Below, one piece after another: positions 23,527 to 36,227 of a stretch of DNA of 64,000 nucleotides; the stretch's first letter is position 1, and every line of letters begins with the position of its first letter. Origin of the DNA: Alloascoidea hylecoeti (taxonomy: Eukaryota); NCBI GenBank assembly GCA_001600815.1, contig BCKZ01000016.1, positions 423,077 through 487,076 on the forward strand, written 5' to 3'. Under the pieces are notes generated by a model. The model was given only the letters and a program-made list of their open reading frames with translations. It did no database searches and was not told where the DNA came from. The position numbers and the translations under genes are program-made.

Positions 23527-25494
23527 AATCAAATATTAATATTAAAAACATTCCATACTTGCATTTTTTTCATCATTAGCCAGATTGATCCTACCTTTCT
23601 TCCTTATCCTTTCCTTCCATCATATTCAGTTATTATTTCTACAACGTCTCCTCCAACTTCCTTTTCGCGTAAAGAACCTGTCATCTTCAAGGCCTATCTT
23701 TCAAATTATAATGCAGAGCCAAAGCGAATAGACATATTACTACCCAAACAACATCCTTTAGCAAAAGCAAAGCAAACCAAAAATAATTCGAAGTCTGCTT
23801 ATAAAAAGACGAAGCCAGAAAATTCTAGCCCTATAATTATTCCCACTCAAAATCTAGATACAGACATATTTCCGAACAGAGTGACTATTCCTATTAGATC
23901 AATTTCAGTACCAGAAGTGAAAATTTCAAACAATATCCAACATCAAAATCATAACATTGAACTGTTTCCTCTAACTCATTCAAAAACTGAAGAAGATTCA
24001 ATCCCATTGAGATTTTTGACTCACAAACCACTTGAAACCCATTTATTCAATTTTCACGGAGGAAAAAAGCGCTTTACTTTCAAGCCTCAGTTCAAAACAG
24101 ATAGTACACCTTCTATAAGTCCAACAAATAACCAACCTCAGTTACACAAGGAAACCTTTTCCCCGTTCTCAGATTTAAATACACTTCAATACAATAGCCA
24201 AAACATTATGAAATACACAGGGAAACCAATAGACGACGGAAGCATATTCCGCGGCATCACAAAGTATCAAGTGTCAATTGGAAGTGATGATGAACTTGTT
24301 GATGATGTTGCGATTGTCAATTTTGATCCTTATGAAGATAAGAGAGACATGCCAGTCATTTCAGAGAAGCCGAGATTTGTAGCCAAGAGACAAGACATCT
24401 CTAGGATTGGAGGATCAAAGATGACGGCCATGCCTGGTTCTCTTATACCCTTGGACAATCCTATCTTGAACAAAGAAAGAGAGCTAAAGGCAATCAGAAA
24501 ACCTCCTAATATACCATCAAGCCCTATTCGTGACCGGAAATATCCGCCAAAACCAAAAACAAAAAGATCACAGACAGAAAAGCCCTCCAGCAAAAAGCCG
24601 GATTCCCCCATTAAAGAATTGAATAAACAGTATAATGAAGATTTATTTGCCAAGTTGGCACATGAAAGACAAAGACCAGATAATGAACGAAGAAGACATA
24701 CAAGTAATGGCATTAGTGATTCTAATAAAAATAAAATTAGAGCTTTCCAAAATCGGTTAGAAAGAATAGCTGACGAAGAAAAAAAGTTTAGTGGTATTGA
24801 TCGGATATCGAAAGTGATCCCTGGGCCAAATGGCCATTCAACAAAAGTTTCTGCGTTCACTGATAAATTTGAGAGTTTTTCTGATAATTCTGGAGGAGAC
24901 AGACAATTGAGTTTTGTCACTGCGATGGACTACAATAGTAGTAATAATGATATATCCTCAATTAGTGTATCTTCTTTAAGCTCAAATGAACAAGAAAACG
25001 AATTCGCAGTAAATGATAGTGAGCACTTTGTCAGCGTTGCCGATATACCAAACGATAACGACTATATCAGGAAGCACTTTAGAGGGGATCCAACCATCAA
25101 AAGAGCTCTTCCACCGACTCCTGTGGCTACACCAAGCATAAGGGCTAACCATAAACAGCGAACGATCCACGACCAGGAGATGCCCAGATCAAATTGGAAC
25201 TCGAATAAAATTGGTAAATTTAAGAATATGGTACATGTTTTCATTAGAAGCATCCAAATGCCATCTTTTTGTCTTGGCGTGGCCATGACTTTACTTATAA
25301 CACAAATCCAGGGGCATCTTACTAACAGACATGAATCTTGGCTTCGTCTCATTGCACTTATATTACGAACGGTCATGATTTGGTTTTCGATCATCACAGT
25401 AGGGGGGTTGGTGATGTGGTTGAAGTGCGAAGATATTGATTCTACTACGCCAGCAACTATAGCTGGTGTGAGAAGACGGTCGCATTACTATTGA
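23527..25494 (+). CDS. Unknown low-complexity protein with two C-terminal hydrophobic segments; start unresolved
   Basis: Frame open from 23527; first ATG at 24208; two predicted TM segments near the C-terminus. Confidence 0.7.
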   Translation, partial: NQILILKTFHTCIFFIISQIDPTFLPYPFLPSYSVIISTTSPPTSFSRKEPVIFKAYLSNYNAEPKRIDILLPKQHPLAKAKQTKNNSKSAYKKTKPENSSPIIIPTQNLDTDIFPNRVTIPIRSISVPEVKISNNIQHQNHNIELFPLTHSKTEEDSIPLRFLTHKPLETHLFNFHGGKKRFTFKPQFKTDSTPSISPTNNQPQLHKETFSPFSDLNTLQYNSQNIMKYTGKPIDDGSIFRGITKYQVSIGSDDELVDDVAIVNFDPYEDKRDMPVISEKPRFVAKRQDISRIGGSKMTAMPGSLIPLDNPILNKERELKAIRKPPNIPSSPIRDRKYPPKPKTKRSQTEKPSSKKPDSPIKELNKQYNEDLFAKLAHERQRPDNERRRHTSNGISDSNKNKIRAFQNRLERIADEEKKFSGIDRISKVIPGPNGHSTKVSAFTDKFESFSDNSGGDRQLSFVTAMDYNSSNNDISSISVSSLSSNEQENEFAVNDSEHFVSVADIPNDNDYIRKHFRGDPTIKRALPPTPVATPSIRANHKQRTIHDQEMPRSNWNSNKIGKFKNMVHVFIRSIQMPSFCLGVAMTLLITQIQGHLTNRHESWLRLIALILRTVMIWFSIITVGGLVMWLKCEDIDSTTPATIAGVRRRSHYY

Positions 25495-25860
25495 TGATTG
25501 GAATTGTTATTACATATATGCCATTTTTTCTGCGACATTTCCAACCCATATTATATTATATATATCTTCTTAGGACACATTGTTGATTTTCAGCTATATC
25601 CACTCATTTGTTTTTCTAACTACATAGTTTTGTTTTTATTCCATAGTAATTGCAATTTCAGAATTAGTACCAGTATTTACTCTTATATTAATCATCATGA
25701 ATCATGATCATAATAATAGTCGCGAATCCGGATGAGCAGAAATCTCACAAACACCTTTTTCTATATTGTTTACCTAATGGGTTATGTAACGCCTCGTCTT
25801 ACGTACTCTCTCCTTATCTTCTTAGCTACCCATTTACAACCCTCCACAAACCTTCTGAAC

Positions 25861-26890
25861 ATGTCCGATCGTGAAGTCATACGAAGGTATGCCCCCAAAT
25901 ATTCTGCTCTCCCCATCAATCAAAAACTTGCTATTAACCATACTTTTTTTTGTCACTCTAGGAAGATAGTCATCGTGGGTGATGGTGCTTGTGGTAAAAC
26001 ATCACTACTTTATGTTTTTACATTAGGTGAATTTCCTACCGTATGTCTCTAGGCAATGAATCTTTTTACTGCAACTGATCTTTCGCCAGCTGTACCCATT
26101 CTTTTGTTTCTAACTCTCGAATCACTCTAGGAATACGTATGTTTACCAGCTATTAGTGAAAAATAAATATACTAAATCTCTCTTTGTTTCTTTGTTTTTC
26201 AGCATCCAACAGTTTTCGAAAATTATGTGACAGACTGTCGGGTCGACGGGAAAGCTGTTCAATTGGCTCTATGGGATACTGCGTATGATTTTCCATTTCT
26301 TCCGTCTTTTTTTTGTATTTCAAACTAATCAAGCAACTCCATCATCAGTGGCCAAGAGGAATATGAGGTATGAATAATAACAAATGATAGTCATAAAGTT
26401 TTTATTTATGTTTACTAAAACTCAGTAACGTTCACAGAGATTGCGGCCATTATCATATTCACAGGCACATGTCATTTTAATAGGTTTTGCTATTGATATG
26501 CCGGATTCTTTGGATAATGTTTCTACAAAGGTATACTGAGAGTTTTATTATATGATTTCCATTTTCTAGCAAAAACTGACTTTTTTTGATTTAATATAGT
26601 GGATAGAGGAAGTTCAAAGATATTGTCCAAATACTCCTGTTATACTAGTTGGTCTAAAAAAAGATTTAAGAACAAATCCCATCTCTATTGCAGAAATGAG
26701 ACGACGAAGACAAAATTTCGTTACCTCAGCGGAAGCTGAAATAATAGCAAGGGAAATCGGTGCAAAACGCTACATGGAATGTTCTGCCCTATCAGGAGAA
26801 GGTGTAGATGATATATTTGAAGCCGCTACACGGACAGGTTTACTTGTTAATAGTACAAAACCCCCACAAGGTTGTTGTGTTATAATTTGA
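25861..26890 (+). CDS. RHO2: Rho2 GTPase, 7 exons
   Basis: Exons 25861-25886, 25962-26040, 26131-26136, 26203-26282, 26349-26367, 26438-26530, 26600-26890 total 594 nt; [57 protein letters not shown]. Confidence 0.93.
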
Positions 26891-27947
26891 TACTATTTTT
26901 GTCTGCTTTATTGGCTATAATTGTCTATATAATTCAATTGGTCATTTTGTTTGTATCCTAAACCGTTAATTGGAAAAGTTTGCATGCTTATATTTCTTCA
27001 TTTGACCTTTTTTATGTTAGCCTATTCCAACCTCTCAATTTGTAACATAACACACAATACTTAAAATTTATTATATACATTTAATCTCTTACTTTCTGGC
27101 CACTAGTAATTCGACGTTCATTCTTTTAGATCTTGTGCACTTTATAGGCTATTTTTATATAATATTGCTGGGCCTCATCATCCTTATAATTACCCTCGGA
27201 TGGGTATAGCTATGCGTAGTGCCCATATAATATCATGATCATTATATTGTAGAGCTACAGTATATCTACAGTATATGCCTACACGTGCGGCCCGTTTACA
27301 TCTTGAAACTTATATGATAATAACATTTTTTTATTAACTTAAATAAGTAGTTCAAAGACAAAAATCAAACAAACATCTTTTTCTTTTCCACGCCGCGTAA
27401 AACATATAAGCTTTTTTAAAAAGTGTCATTTTTCAAGTTATACTAAAACAATCTAGGAACAATCCAGAAAAATCTTGAAGTACCCAATTCTAATAATCAA
27501 ATTGTAGCATTTAGGATCTTTTTAATGAGGATCGAGGCAGCAATTTTGTGCGTGAATAACTTGTCTTATGCAAAACTGAGATCTTTTGTTTGATCTCCAA
27601 TTACAGCTAATGCAGGCTTCAAAAGGATTTTCCGTGCACTAATATAGTTAGGTATAAATTAAATTAATATTTAAGGCTTTTAAGGTCAAAGTCTGGGACT
27701 TTTCCTGGATTACAAACCGTCAAACAAAGATATCATCATCATGATTCATGAGTATACAAAAATGTAAAAAGATCAATTACGAATACAAAGAAAAAACAAA
27801 TAAAAGGCAGAATAGAATTATTAGAATCTACCTCATTATAAAGTCCAAACAACGTTAACTGCGCATGTAGTGATTAAAAGTAAAACATTGCCCATATATA
27901 AATATTAATGACCGTCCATTCAATCAATCAGATTTATTCGTAAATTA

Positions 27948-30900
27948 TTATTTACTGATACCGGAAAAAGAAGCATAATGTCCATGGCCATTATCCATGG
28001 ATAATGCACCTGAACCAACCGTATCTCTAGTTCTAGATCTCGACAATACAAGATTATAATCAGCAACTGAATCAGCATATGATCCTCTACTAGGAACACT
28101 AGACATGTTGTAACTTAAGACCGATGGCACTGGACTCTCATTCGGTAAAGGGATCACAATGCCATCACTATCAACGGTAATAAGCTGTTCAACAAAAGGT
28201 GGTTGTGAATTACCGCTCCGTACAGAAGACATGTCAGTACTCTGTTGGGGGTAAATAAATTTCTCTTCTTCAGACCATGATACCGGAGTTTCCATTCCAT
28301 TTCCAGAGGAACTATTATTACCAATAACTTTCTCCATTTCGTGAACAACTGAAATAGAGCTTTGCTCTCCATAATTAACTCCATATTGTGACAAAAGTTT
28401 AAGTTTCTTTTTAACCCATCCATCAACTATGCGACCTCTTTGTTTTTCCCCAAGTCGAGATCTAGGAAATTGTCCTTTTTCAACAAATCCAATGATATCA
28501 ATAACAATTTGATGGGTATTTAAAACAGCATTGACAATAACAGGAACTAATGAAGCCAAATGATTTTTCCTGCTAACTTCAACTACCAAAATAATATATC
28601 CTCCCGCTTTAAAAATACATGTTCCCGTTCTTACAATAACAGCATGACATTTTTCAACGGTTGATTCAATATCAATTGGAAAGTGGTTTAAACCCATATA
28701 TTCAAATGTGTCAGCAATCGAGCCCAACACAAATAATGTTTGCATATCCATAACAGGACCGTCAGTAGAAATTGGTCTTGATATATTGTGCAAAAAGCCC
28801 AAATCCCCAGTTCTGACATATTCAATAGAAGTATTACCATCAACAATTTTGCCCTTAAATCTCTCATCGTTAAATTCATCTTTCTTACCTTTTTGTCCAT
28901 TAGTAAAGGATAAAACATTTCCTTCAGAGCATACCCAAATTTCGCCATATTCCCCAATACGACATAAATGTCTTGTCTCTGGGTTTACAATCGAAATCTG
29001 TGTACAAACCGGCACCATTCCGGAGTCTTGAAGGTGTAAAGCATCAGGGTAGCTTTCTGGATTTACAACTGATATATAACCTTGTCGTAGAGCAATTGGG
29101 TCAATCCATATGTTAACAGGATCAAAACACATATAAGAACGGGATGTGATCATGGGATTTAGGTAATGAGCATAAACATTACTAACCGAGACAGAAGCTA
29201 ATGAAGTTTGTGAGAATGTCAATCGCAAATTTTTAGCAATGTCAATATGTGGTCGTCCTTCAAAAGAAATCATTAAATTTTTCATCTCCGCCAAACTAAA
29301 ACCCTTTGGCTTTAATGAATAAATTGCATGAGCAATCATTTGAGGGGTAGCATAAGTATCCTTTACTTTATATCTTGATAATGCTGAAAACAAAGCATAT
29401 GGGTTTGTAGCATAGTCAACTGGAGACACAAGATAGGTCGAAGCCCCAAGGAAAACTCCCAATAGACTACTTTGTAGGAATCCGATACCACTTACATGTC
29501 TAACACAGCCAACCAACGGTTTGGTACTTGTCAGTTGACAAGTTTCTTTAAAAATCTTACACATTCCTAGAATTATCTTGTGCGATAAAGCAACGCCAAA
29601 TCTGTAGTAATCAGGAGTCCAATAAATCCAAATTAAAGCAGGTTTATCACGATTTGCAGTGATTTTAGCGGCAATTTTACTTAGCTTGCCTCTTAAATCA
29701 TATGTTGATATATTTGACTTTAATTTTCCAGTATTCACGAGGTTAGGTATCCTCATTCTCATAGTTAATGAGAGTTGCTTCAAAGCATGTGATATTACCT
29801 TATTCTTCATAGACTGATCTACTTCATGATTGATCAAGACTGCTTGAACATCATAATCCTTAATGATACTCATAAATGCAGATGCATCTTCATTGATTCT
29901 AGTTGGATCAAGCAATGCAATAGGAATTGGGATAACATTAGTCAAAAAACAAGCATATAGAGCAGCAACAAATTCTTCTGATAAAGTATACATTAGAGCA
30001 ACATGCTTTCCCGGGGAAATCTTTAGTGAGTTTAATATTAAGTTACAAACAGCACCCACCTTTTGATCGAATTTCTTCCAGGAAAGGCCCTTGCCCTCAC
30101 GATTTCTATTGTCAATAGTGCAATAAGCCAATTCATCGGGTTGGTGTTTAACTCTCCATGTTAATAATTCAGTGATAGTCTTGAAATCAGTTAACGGAAC
30201 AAATGTCCTATCATCAATAGCTACCTCTCTATAATCAACACCTGAATATTGTTTTTCAGCATCACTCAAAGATTCAGATCGTAATTTTGAAATATAAGGT
30301 GACCATATACCTCCTTCTAGATCTCGACCATGCGGAATATTACCAATCGCTTTTTCAATATCAAACTTGACATACATTGCTGGAAGAGATCCCATCTCAA
30401 ATTTCTTTTTAACTAGCATATTACCAATTTCAGATCTACCACTCTTAATTGTACGGGGTAGTGAGTCTGGAGCCGTTATTAAAACGCAATATAATCTCAC
30501 GTTATGGGCATCTCTTAACGTTTTTATACATCTTGTAGCCATATCATCTAGTGCCGCAATGTTTATCTGTTGAACCGAAGAGTTGGTAGGTGATGGTGTA
30601 GGAACAGCAGCCACGGACTCCATTACCACGATAGGTAAATGCTCATCGTTAACGAAAATATCAAATGTTGCACAATCATAAACTCTTGGTACATTTCTAA
30701 CCAATGTTCTAACTAAGTGTGCAGAGTAATGGTATCTGTATCCATTATCTGGTCTAGGAGGTGTACTGTTTGAAACGGATGGAGTAGTACCACCAACTGA
30801 TGTAGGGATCGTTAAAGAAGTGGTAGAATTATCTGCAGGATCCTTATCATCTAACCAACTCAGCCGTTGTCGTAGTCTATCTTCATAGAGACCTAGAACG

Positions 30901-33069
30901 TAAATCTTTCCATTGTAAGGAAACCCCAATAAACCGGTTCGTAAAAACTCAAGATCCAAAACACCCTCATTATCTCTGCATCTAGCGTGGAAAATATTCT
31001 CAGTTTCACGACTTAATCCCCAAAATCCACCACTTAAGCATGGTGAATCGATCCAAATTTCTCCAACTTCCATTTCTCTTGAAAGCTCGCTAGTTTCAGG
31101 ATTTACAATTGCCAATGTAGCATCGGGCAATGGATAGCCAAAAGCTCCAACCCGTAAGTATTTCGCAGTATCTTCATCAGATAAAGCATCTTTTGGAGGG
31201 TTATCACTAATAATCTTAACTGTGTTTGTTGTTAATGAGGGTTTATCTATGAACACCTCGGATAAATCAGTAGGACTTGCACTTGTTCCATCATCATCTG
31301 TATTCATTCGATGAAAAGTGCATCCTAATTTTTCTTGCCCGCCACGCCAATCACGCATTGATATAACCATTCCGCCATATTCACTTAAAGTTAATATAGG
31401 CGCGACACAATCTCTTGCATTTTCGCACTTTAAAGGTTTCAACCATCGATCAGCCAAAACTTGGTGGAATTCACTGTCTACTGTAAGAGTGTTAATAAGG
31501 CACCACCTAATCGATGAAAAATCAACTGAAATTTTCTTTGAGAATGTCCTCGTGAGTTGTGGAAAAGATTGATAATTATATGCAACTTGTTTTAATCCGA
31601 CGTAATCTGCAAGCAATATATTTACTTTAAATTTGGATATGATATGAGCATATAATCCCGAAACATCTAAGCCTGATTGTTGAGTCCAAACTAATGTATT
31701 ACCCGAATAAACCGTAAATAAGACGGCAACTATAAGACCAATCGAGTGTCTTGGATCTAAAGTACTCAGGACAACATTTTTGTATCTAGTAAAACTTGTC
31801 TCAGATCTCTTAATGACTTTTTTGCCATCTTTCTCCGGCTTTGATGATAATATCGCCGTCAGCATGGACATTTGATGTAATAAAGTTCTATGAGATATAA
31901 CGACACCTCTTAATTCTCCAATAGGAGATCTTGCAAATTCTATATATGCCAGATCTGGCACTTGTAAAGCAGGAGGGTCGGCTTTTTTATTTGGGGGATG
32001 ATAAGTGCCCAAATCATTTGTTCTCCATACCTCAACACCACGAGGCCAATGATGCTTTCCATTTCCATCAGTACCTAATGTCGTCTTTTGCAAGAACTTG
32101 AAAACCGTATCTGTTGTTAACACCAAGTGAGATTGAGTATTTGTTAGGATGTATACCACATCGGAGAAGGGTAGGTTAGGGCTTATCGGGACCCCGACAA
32201 CACCTGCTAAAAAGCATCCTAACAACGCTATTGAAAATTCAATGATCTCGGCCTCCCGGTACAATAAACAAACTCTATCACCTCGATACAACGAAGACTT
32301 ATCACGGATTTGTTGCGCAATTTTCTCAGCTTTTAAATAAAGTTTTTCCCATGAAATGCTTGCAATTTCTTTGCCTTTTAAATCTACAACTATGAAAGCT
32401 TGTTCCCTTTGATATGTCGAGCCTCTATGACGTAATATAGAAGGTAAGTTTTCAAATCTTTCCATAGGTTGGGTATAATTTTCTGGTAGTTCTCTTGGGT
32501 CTAAAGGTTTTTGTAGCTTAGCCAAAGGAACGGATGTAAGTTCCTGATCTTCTGTTGGTAATTGTGTTTGTACATGAATTGATTGTGAGGGAGTGTGAGA
32601 ATGTTGGTAGTGACCGGATTGAAACGTTGGCTGAGGAGAAAATCCCGGAGGAAGAGTTCCTCCCTGTTGTGTATATGTAAAAGCGGTGGAGTGTTGCGAA
32701 ACAGGCGATATCAAGCTACTTGTGCGTACAGTGTCTTGAGATTGCGATGGAAAGTCGCTGAACGACCAGGGATTTTCATGTAGTGACGAGGCCATACTAG
32801 TAGTGTCACTAGGAGATATGGCATCGGGGCCTAACCTTCCGGGAGAAGAAATGGGCAAGTCGGAAGAAATGATTGATGGAGGACATTTTTGAAGAAGTTG
32901 GGATCGTTTCTTATTGTATCCTTTGGCCGTGATGTCTCCTTCCTAAACAAATTTATGAGTAACAAGAAAATATCGATATTTGAACTATAATTACCTCGTA
33001 TTCCTGCCTTAGCTCGTTCAGGGACTCCACGATACCTGGGGGTGCATTTTCCGGAATCGAAAAGTCCAT
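27948..33069 (-). CDS. CMR2: DIP2/Cmr2-family protein (DMAP-binding plus two adenylate-forming-like domains), 2 exons
   Basis: Exon 1 33069-32995 and exon 2 32942-27948 reconstitute LNELRQEYEEGDITAKGYNKKRSQLL; two AMP-binding-like repeats (GEIW, RTG.LGF). Confidence 0.88.
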
Positions 33070-33260
33070 GTCTGGAGGTTCAATATTCACGATGAAGAAG
33101 GTAGTAGTTGTGTTTCAAGATCCAAAAGTTCGTACAGCATGACCCGGGACATCTGCACGACAAGGTCCGGAAGATGTCCTTGTAAGAATGTCATTGTTGT
33201 AACCCTGCTGCTGCAGGTCACAAGAAAGCAACTGGAAAAGAAGATTCATTAAACTCCTCA

Positions 33261-34913
33261 ATGTCTGCGGAATACGACGATATTGAGTCTGCTGCCACCC
33301 GCAATGATACCAAAGCACCCTCCCAGGCCGGACGGAGATCCAGGCCGGTGGTTCCGGAACCGAGCGAACACACTGCGCTTCTGACCCCCGATGACCCCAG
33401 TGTATCTCCATATAACGTATTTGCTGTGAGAGCCGTTAAGTTAGCAACCATTTTCTTACTCTTCATAACCTCATTCTTGGTGTTTCTTTTGCTTCTCTCG
33501 GACTTCGTTTATATCCCTTTTCTGAATTCCCCTGGGAAAGGCTTCAATGAATTATCATACGCAATTACCGCGGTCCTGTCCCTTACAACCTCCTTGGTCT
33601 ACTTTAGTATACCCTCTGCAGCTGAAAGATTGGTTGCTTCAATATCTTTAGGACTGCTAGCCACCATCCTAATTATCACACTGGCCATCGCTAAATTGCG
33701 ACACTCTTCTGGCTTATTGGGTGTTGTTCTCCAGATATGGCTGTTTTTGGTTGTTGCTCTTTCCATTATTGGTGACAGAATTGTGGAGAAAGCAAAATAT
33801 TACGAAGAGGAACGACTTACCGGTAGAATAGAAACAAGACGAACCTGCCTCGAGTGGGTCGAAGTGTCCAGCCGCTTGTTTTTAAGGATAATTCTCTTAC
33901 TAGTCTTGTTTCTTTTCACGTTTGCCACTTTCTTGAGATGGTATGATTCGAGAATCGACCCACCAGGGGTATTGGTACCGGTCCAGCAAGGAACCTTCAA
34001 TATTCATTTAGCATGTTATAACGAAACATCGGTGCATAACCTGGGTGGAATTGATACTAACGCTCCTTATTCTGGACCTGATTCTAATTATACAGTCTTG
34101 ATAGAGTCAGGTTCAACATCGAGTGAAGAATTTGGTTCTTGGATAGAAGATCTGTATCATCAAAATAAAATAAGCAAATACTGTATATGGGATAGACCAG
34201 GTCAAGGGTTCTCTGATAGTGCTCCAAATGCTTTATCAATTGAAAGCACAGTAGATTTGCTAATTGAAGCACTGAAGAATCAAAATGTCACTGGTCCATT
34301 TGTTGTTGTTTCTCATGGAATTGGTGGTCTTTACTCTCGTGTGTTTGCGTCTAAGAAACCAGAATCTGTCAAGTCTTTAATTCTGGTTGATTCTTGGCAT
34401 GAGGATATGCTTATTGGTAGAACAAGTGATTACTATAGTGCTAAGGTAAACGATAGGAATATCTCCTTGACCCCTTTATCTCATTGGAATGGGTTTAAAT
34501 ATTGGTTACAAGGTATCGTATCTCCCTTGGCAATCGAATTTCAACTTGGTTGGATCTTTGAACATATCACATCAATTCAACGTATTTATGGCTCATCAAT
34601 GCTTCATCAAGGTAAATATCTAAGATCTAAACTTCAGCAAACCTTAACAGCATCAAGGTCTTACAAAGATATTTTGGATTGTAATGAAATAACTTCAAAA
34701 AAGTTGAAGACAATGGTTATATCCAGTGGTCTTATGATAGAAAAAAATAGTCAGTGGGGTGTATGGCAACGGTTAATCAGTAGGGATGTTGGAAGCTGCC
34801 TTGCCTGGGAAATTATTGATGGCGTTAAACATGAAATTTGGAAAAATAACAAAGGAAAAGAAAAATTGCAGGTATTAGTTTTGAATTTTTTGGATGATTA
34901 TTATTATAATTAA
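33261..34913 (+). CDS. Multi-pass membrane protein with C-terminal alpha/beta-hydrolase fold
   Basis: About five N-terminal TM segments; WDRPGQGFSD, VVSHGIGGLY and SLILVDS hydrolase-fold motifs. Confidence 0.85.
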   Translation: MSAEYDDIESAATRNDTKAPSQAGRRSRPVVPEPSEHTALLTPDDPSVSPYNVFAVRAVKLATIFLLFITSFLVFLLLLSDFVYIPFLNSPGKGFNELSYAITAVLSLTTSLVYFSIPSAAERLVASISLGLLATILIITLAIAKLRHSSGLLGVVLQIWLFLVVALSIIGDRIVEKAKYYEEERLTGRIETRRTCLEWVEVSSRLFLRIILLLVLFLFTFATFLRWYDSRIDPPGVLVPVQQGTFNIHLACYNETSVHNLGGIDTNAPYSGPDSNYTVLIESGSTSSEEFGSWIEDLYHQNKISKYCIWDRPGQGFSDSAPNALSIESTVDLLIEALKNQNVTGPFVVVSHGIGGLYSRVFASKKPESVKSLILVDSWHEDMLIGRTSDYYSAKVNDRNISLTPLSHWNGFKYWLQGIVSPLAIEFQLGWIFEHITSIQRIYGSSMLHQGKYLRSKLQQTLTASRSYKDILDCNEITSKKLKTMVISSGLMIEKNSQWGVWQRLISRDVGSCLAWEIIDGVKHEIWKNNKGKEKLQVLVLNFLDDYYYN

Positions 34914-35183
34914 TCCAGCAGATGTTGTAATTCTGAATCTAAGGCAGGTTATAAGCTTAATTATAGCTTTATCGCTATTATAAGATCTTATAGATTAATT
35001 CTTTTTAATTTAAACCTATAACTTATAACAATATTATACATATACACATATAACCACATAATTATAGTCATTAATAACCATACAATTAGCTATAGCAGAA
35101 GCTTTTTTTAATAAAACAAGTACACATTATTTCACATACCAATATTAGTAAGGGAAACACTACTCGTCAGACAGAAATCAGTC

Positions 35184-35435
35184 ACTGTCGGACACCAACG
35201 GGTGAGGCTTTTCCCGGTCACTCGGTAGCAACTGCATAAAGCCCAAATTCCCTTTTTTTTGTATTAGGGAACTGATGTAATATACCCACATGTAAATCCT
35301 TCCTTAGCAACACATTGGCAAATAAGACTGAACTATCAATATAACTAAAACCAGCTACAACAGGGTCCTCGTTGTATAAATTGTGGAAGAGGTGGCCATA
35401 ATATTAGACGCTGCAATCAACCAAGACGTGTTTGA
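35184..35435 (+). mobile_element. Probable Mutator-like (MULE) transposase C-terminal relic
   Basis: Zinc knuckle RCINCGRGGHNIRRC (35370-35414) preceded by a degenerate SWIM-like HCRTPTGEAFPGHSVA; disrupted frame. Confidence 0.5.
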
Positions 35436-36227
35436 TAAATTGGATTATATAATTTACCTAAATAATAAAACAAATAAGAACCGATTATATATATGTGTCT
35501 TCTTTTATGTTATTTTATCAAAGCTCAGGGTAATTTGAATGGGTGCCTCACAATAAATGGGGAATTATACATAACTGAGATCGATGTGCTTTTTGTTTTC
35601 TACAGCTGCATATGAACGTAACCGGGAATTAGTTACAATATGCATATGCAACAAACTGGATAATATGCAGGTACATGCAGACAGGTGGGTGTTTGCCTAA
35701 TCGTAGTATATAGTATATTAACAGGATAATTTCTAATCCCATGACCATGCTGATAAAATGTTGTTTAAAATAACATGCGTCACGTGTACTTGATGATCCA
35801 AAACGCGTTTAAAGCACAATTGCAAGATCAGGAACATGAAGCTATAAATGTCTAGATTTAAATCAAATTATAAAAAAGCTTTCATAAAGGATATATAAAA
35901 ATCAAAACAAATAAATGTTATACTTGCTAACGAAGCGCCTTATAGATAAATAAAAACAGATCAATAAAATAAATCATGGGACCTTCCTTGATAACAATCT
36001 CATTCACGTTCAAATATCAATTTGACTCATCGAGGGTTGTCATCGCTTATTTGTATTAAATGATAACAATATTTATAAGAACGTTAACAGTCAATTATAA
36101 GAGAGAACTCGTAGTGTAAATAGTTTCAATATAATTTTTTAGTGAAACTTAATTTATATATCAATGTCGTATTTAGAGTAAGGATTTCATTAAGGAGTGT
36201 TTATAATTGATTTTAAAATCACATGAA

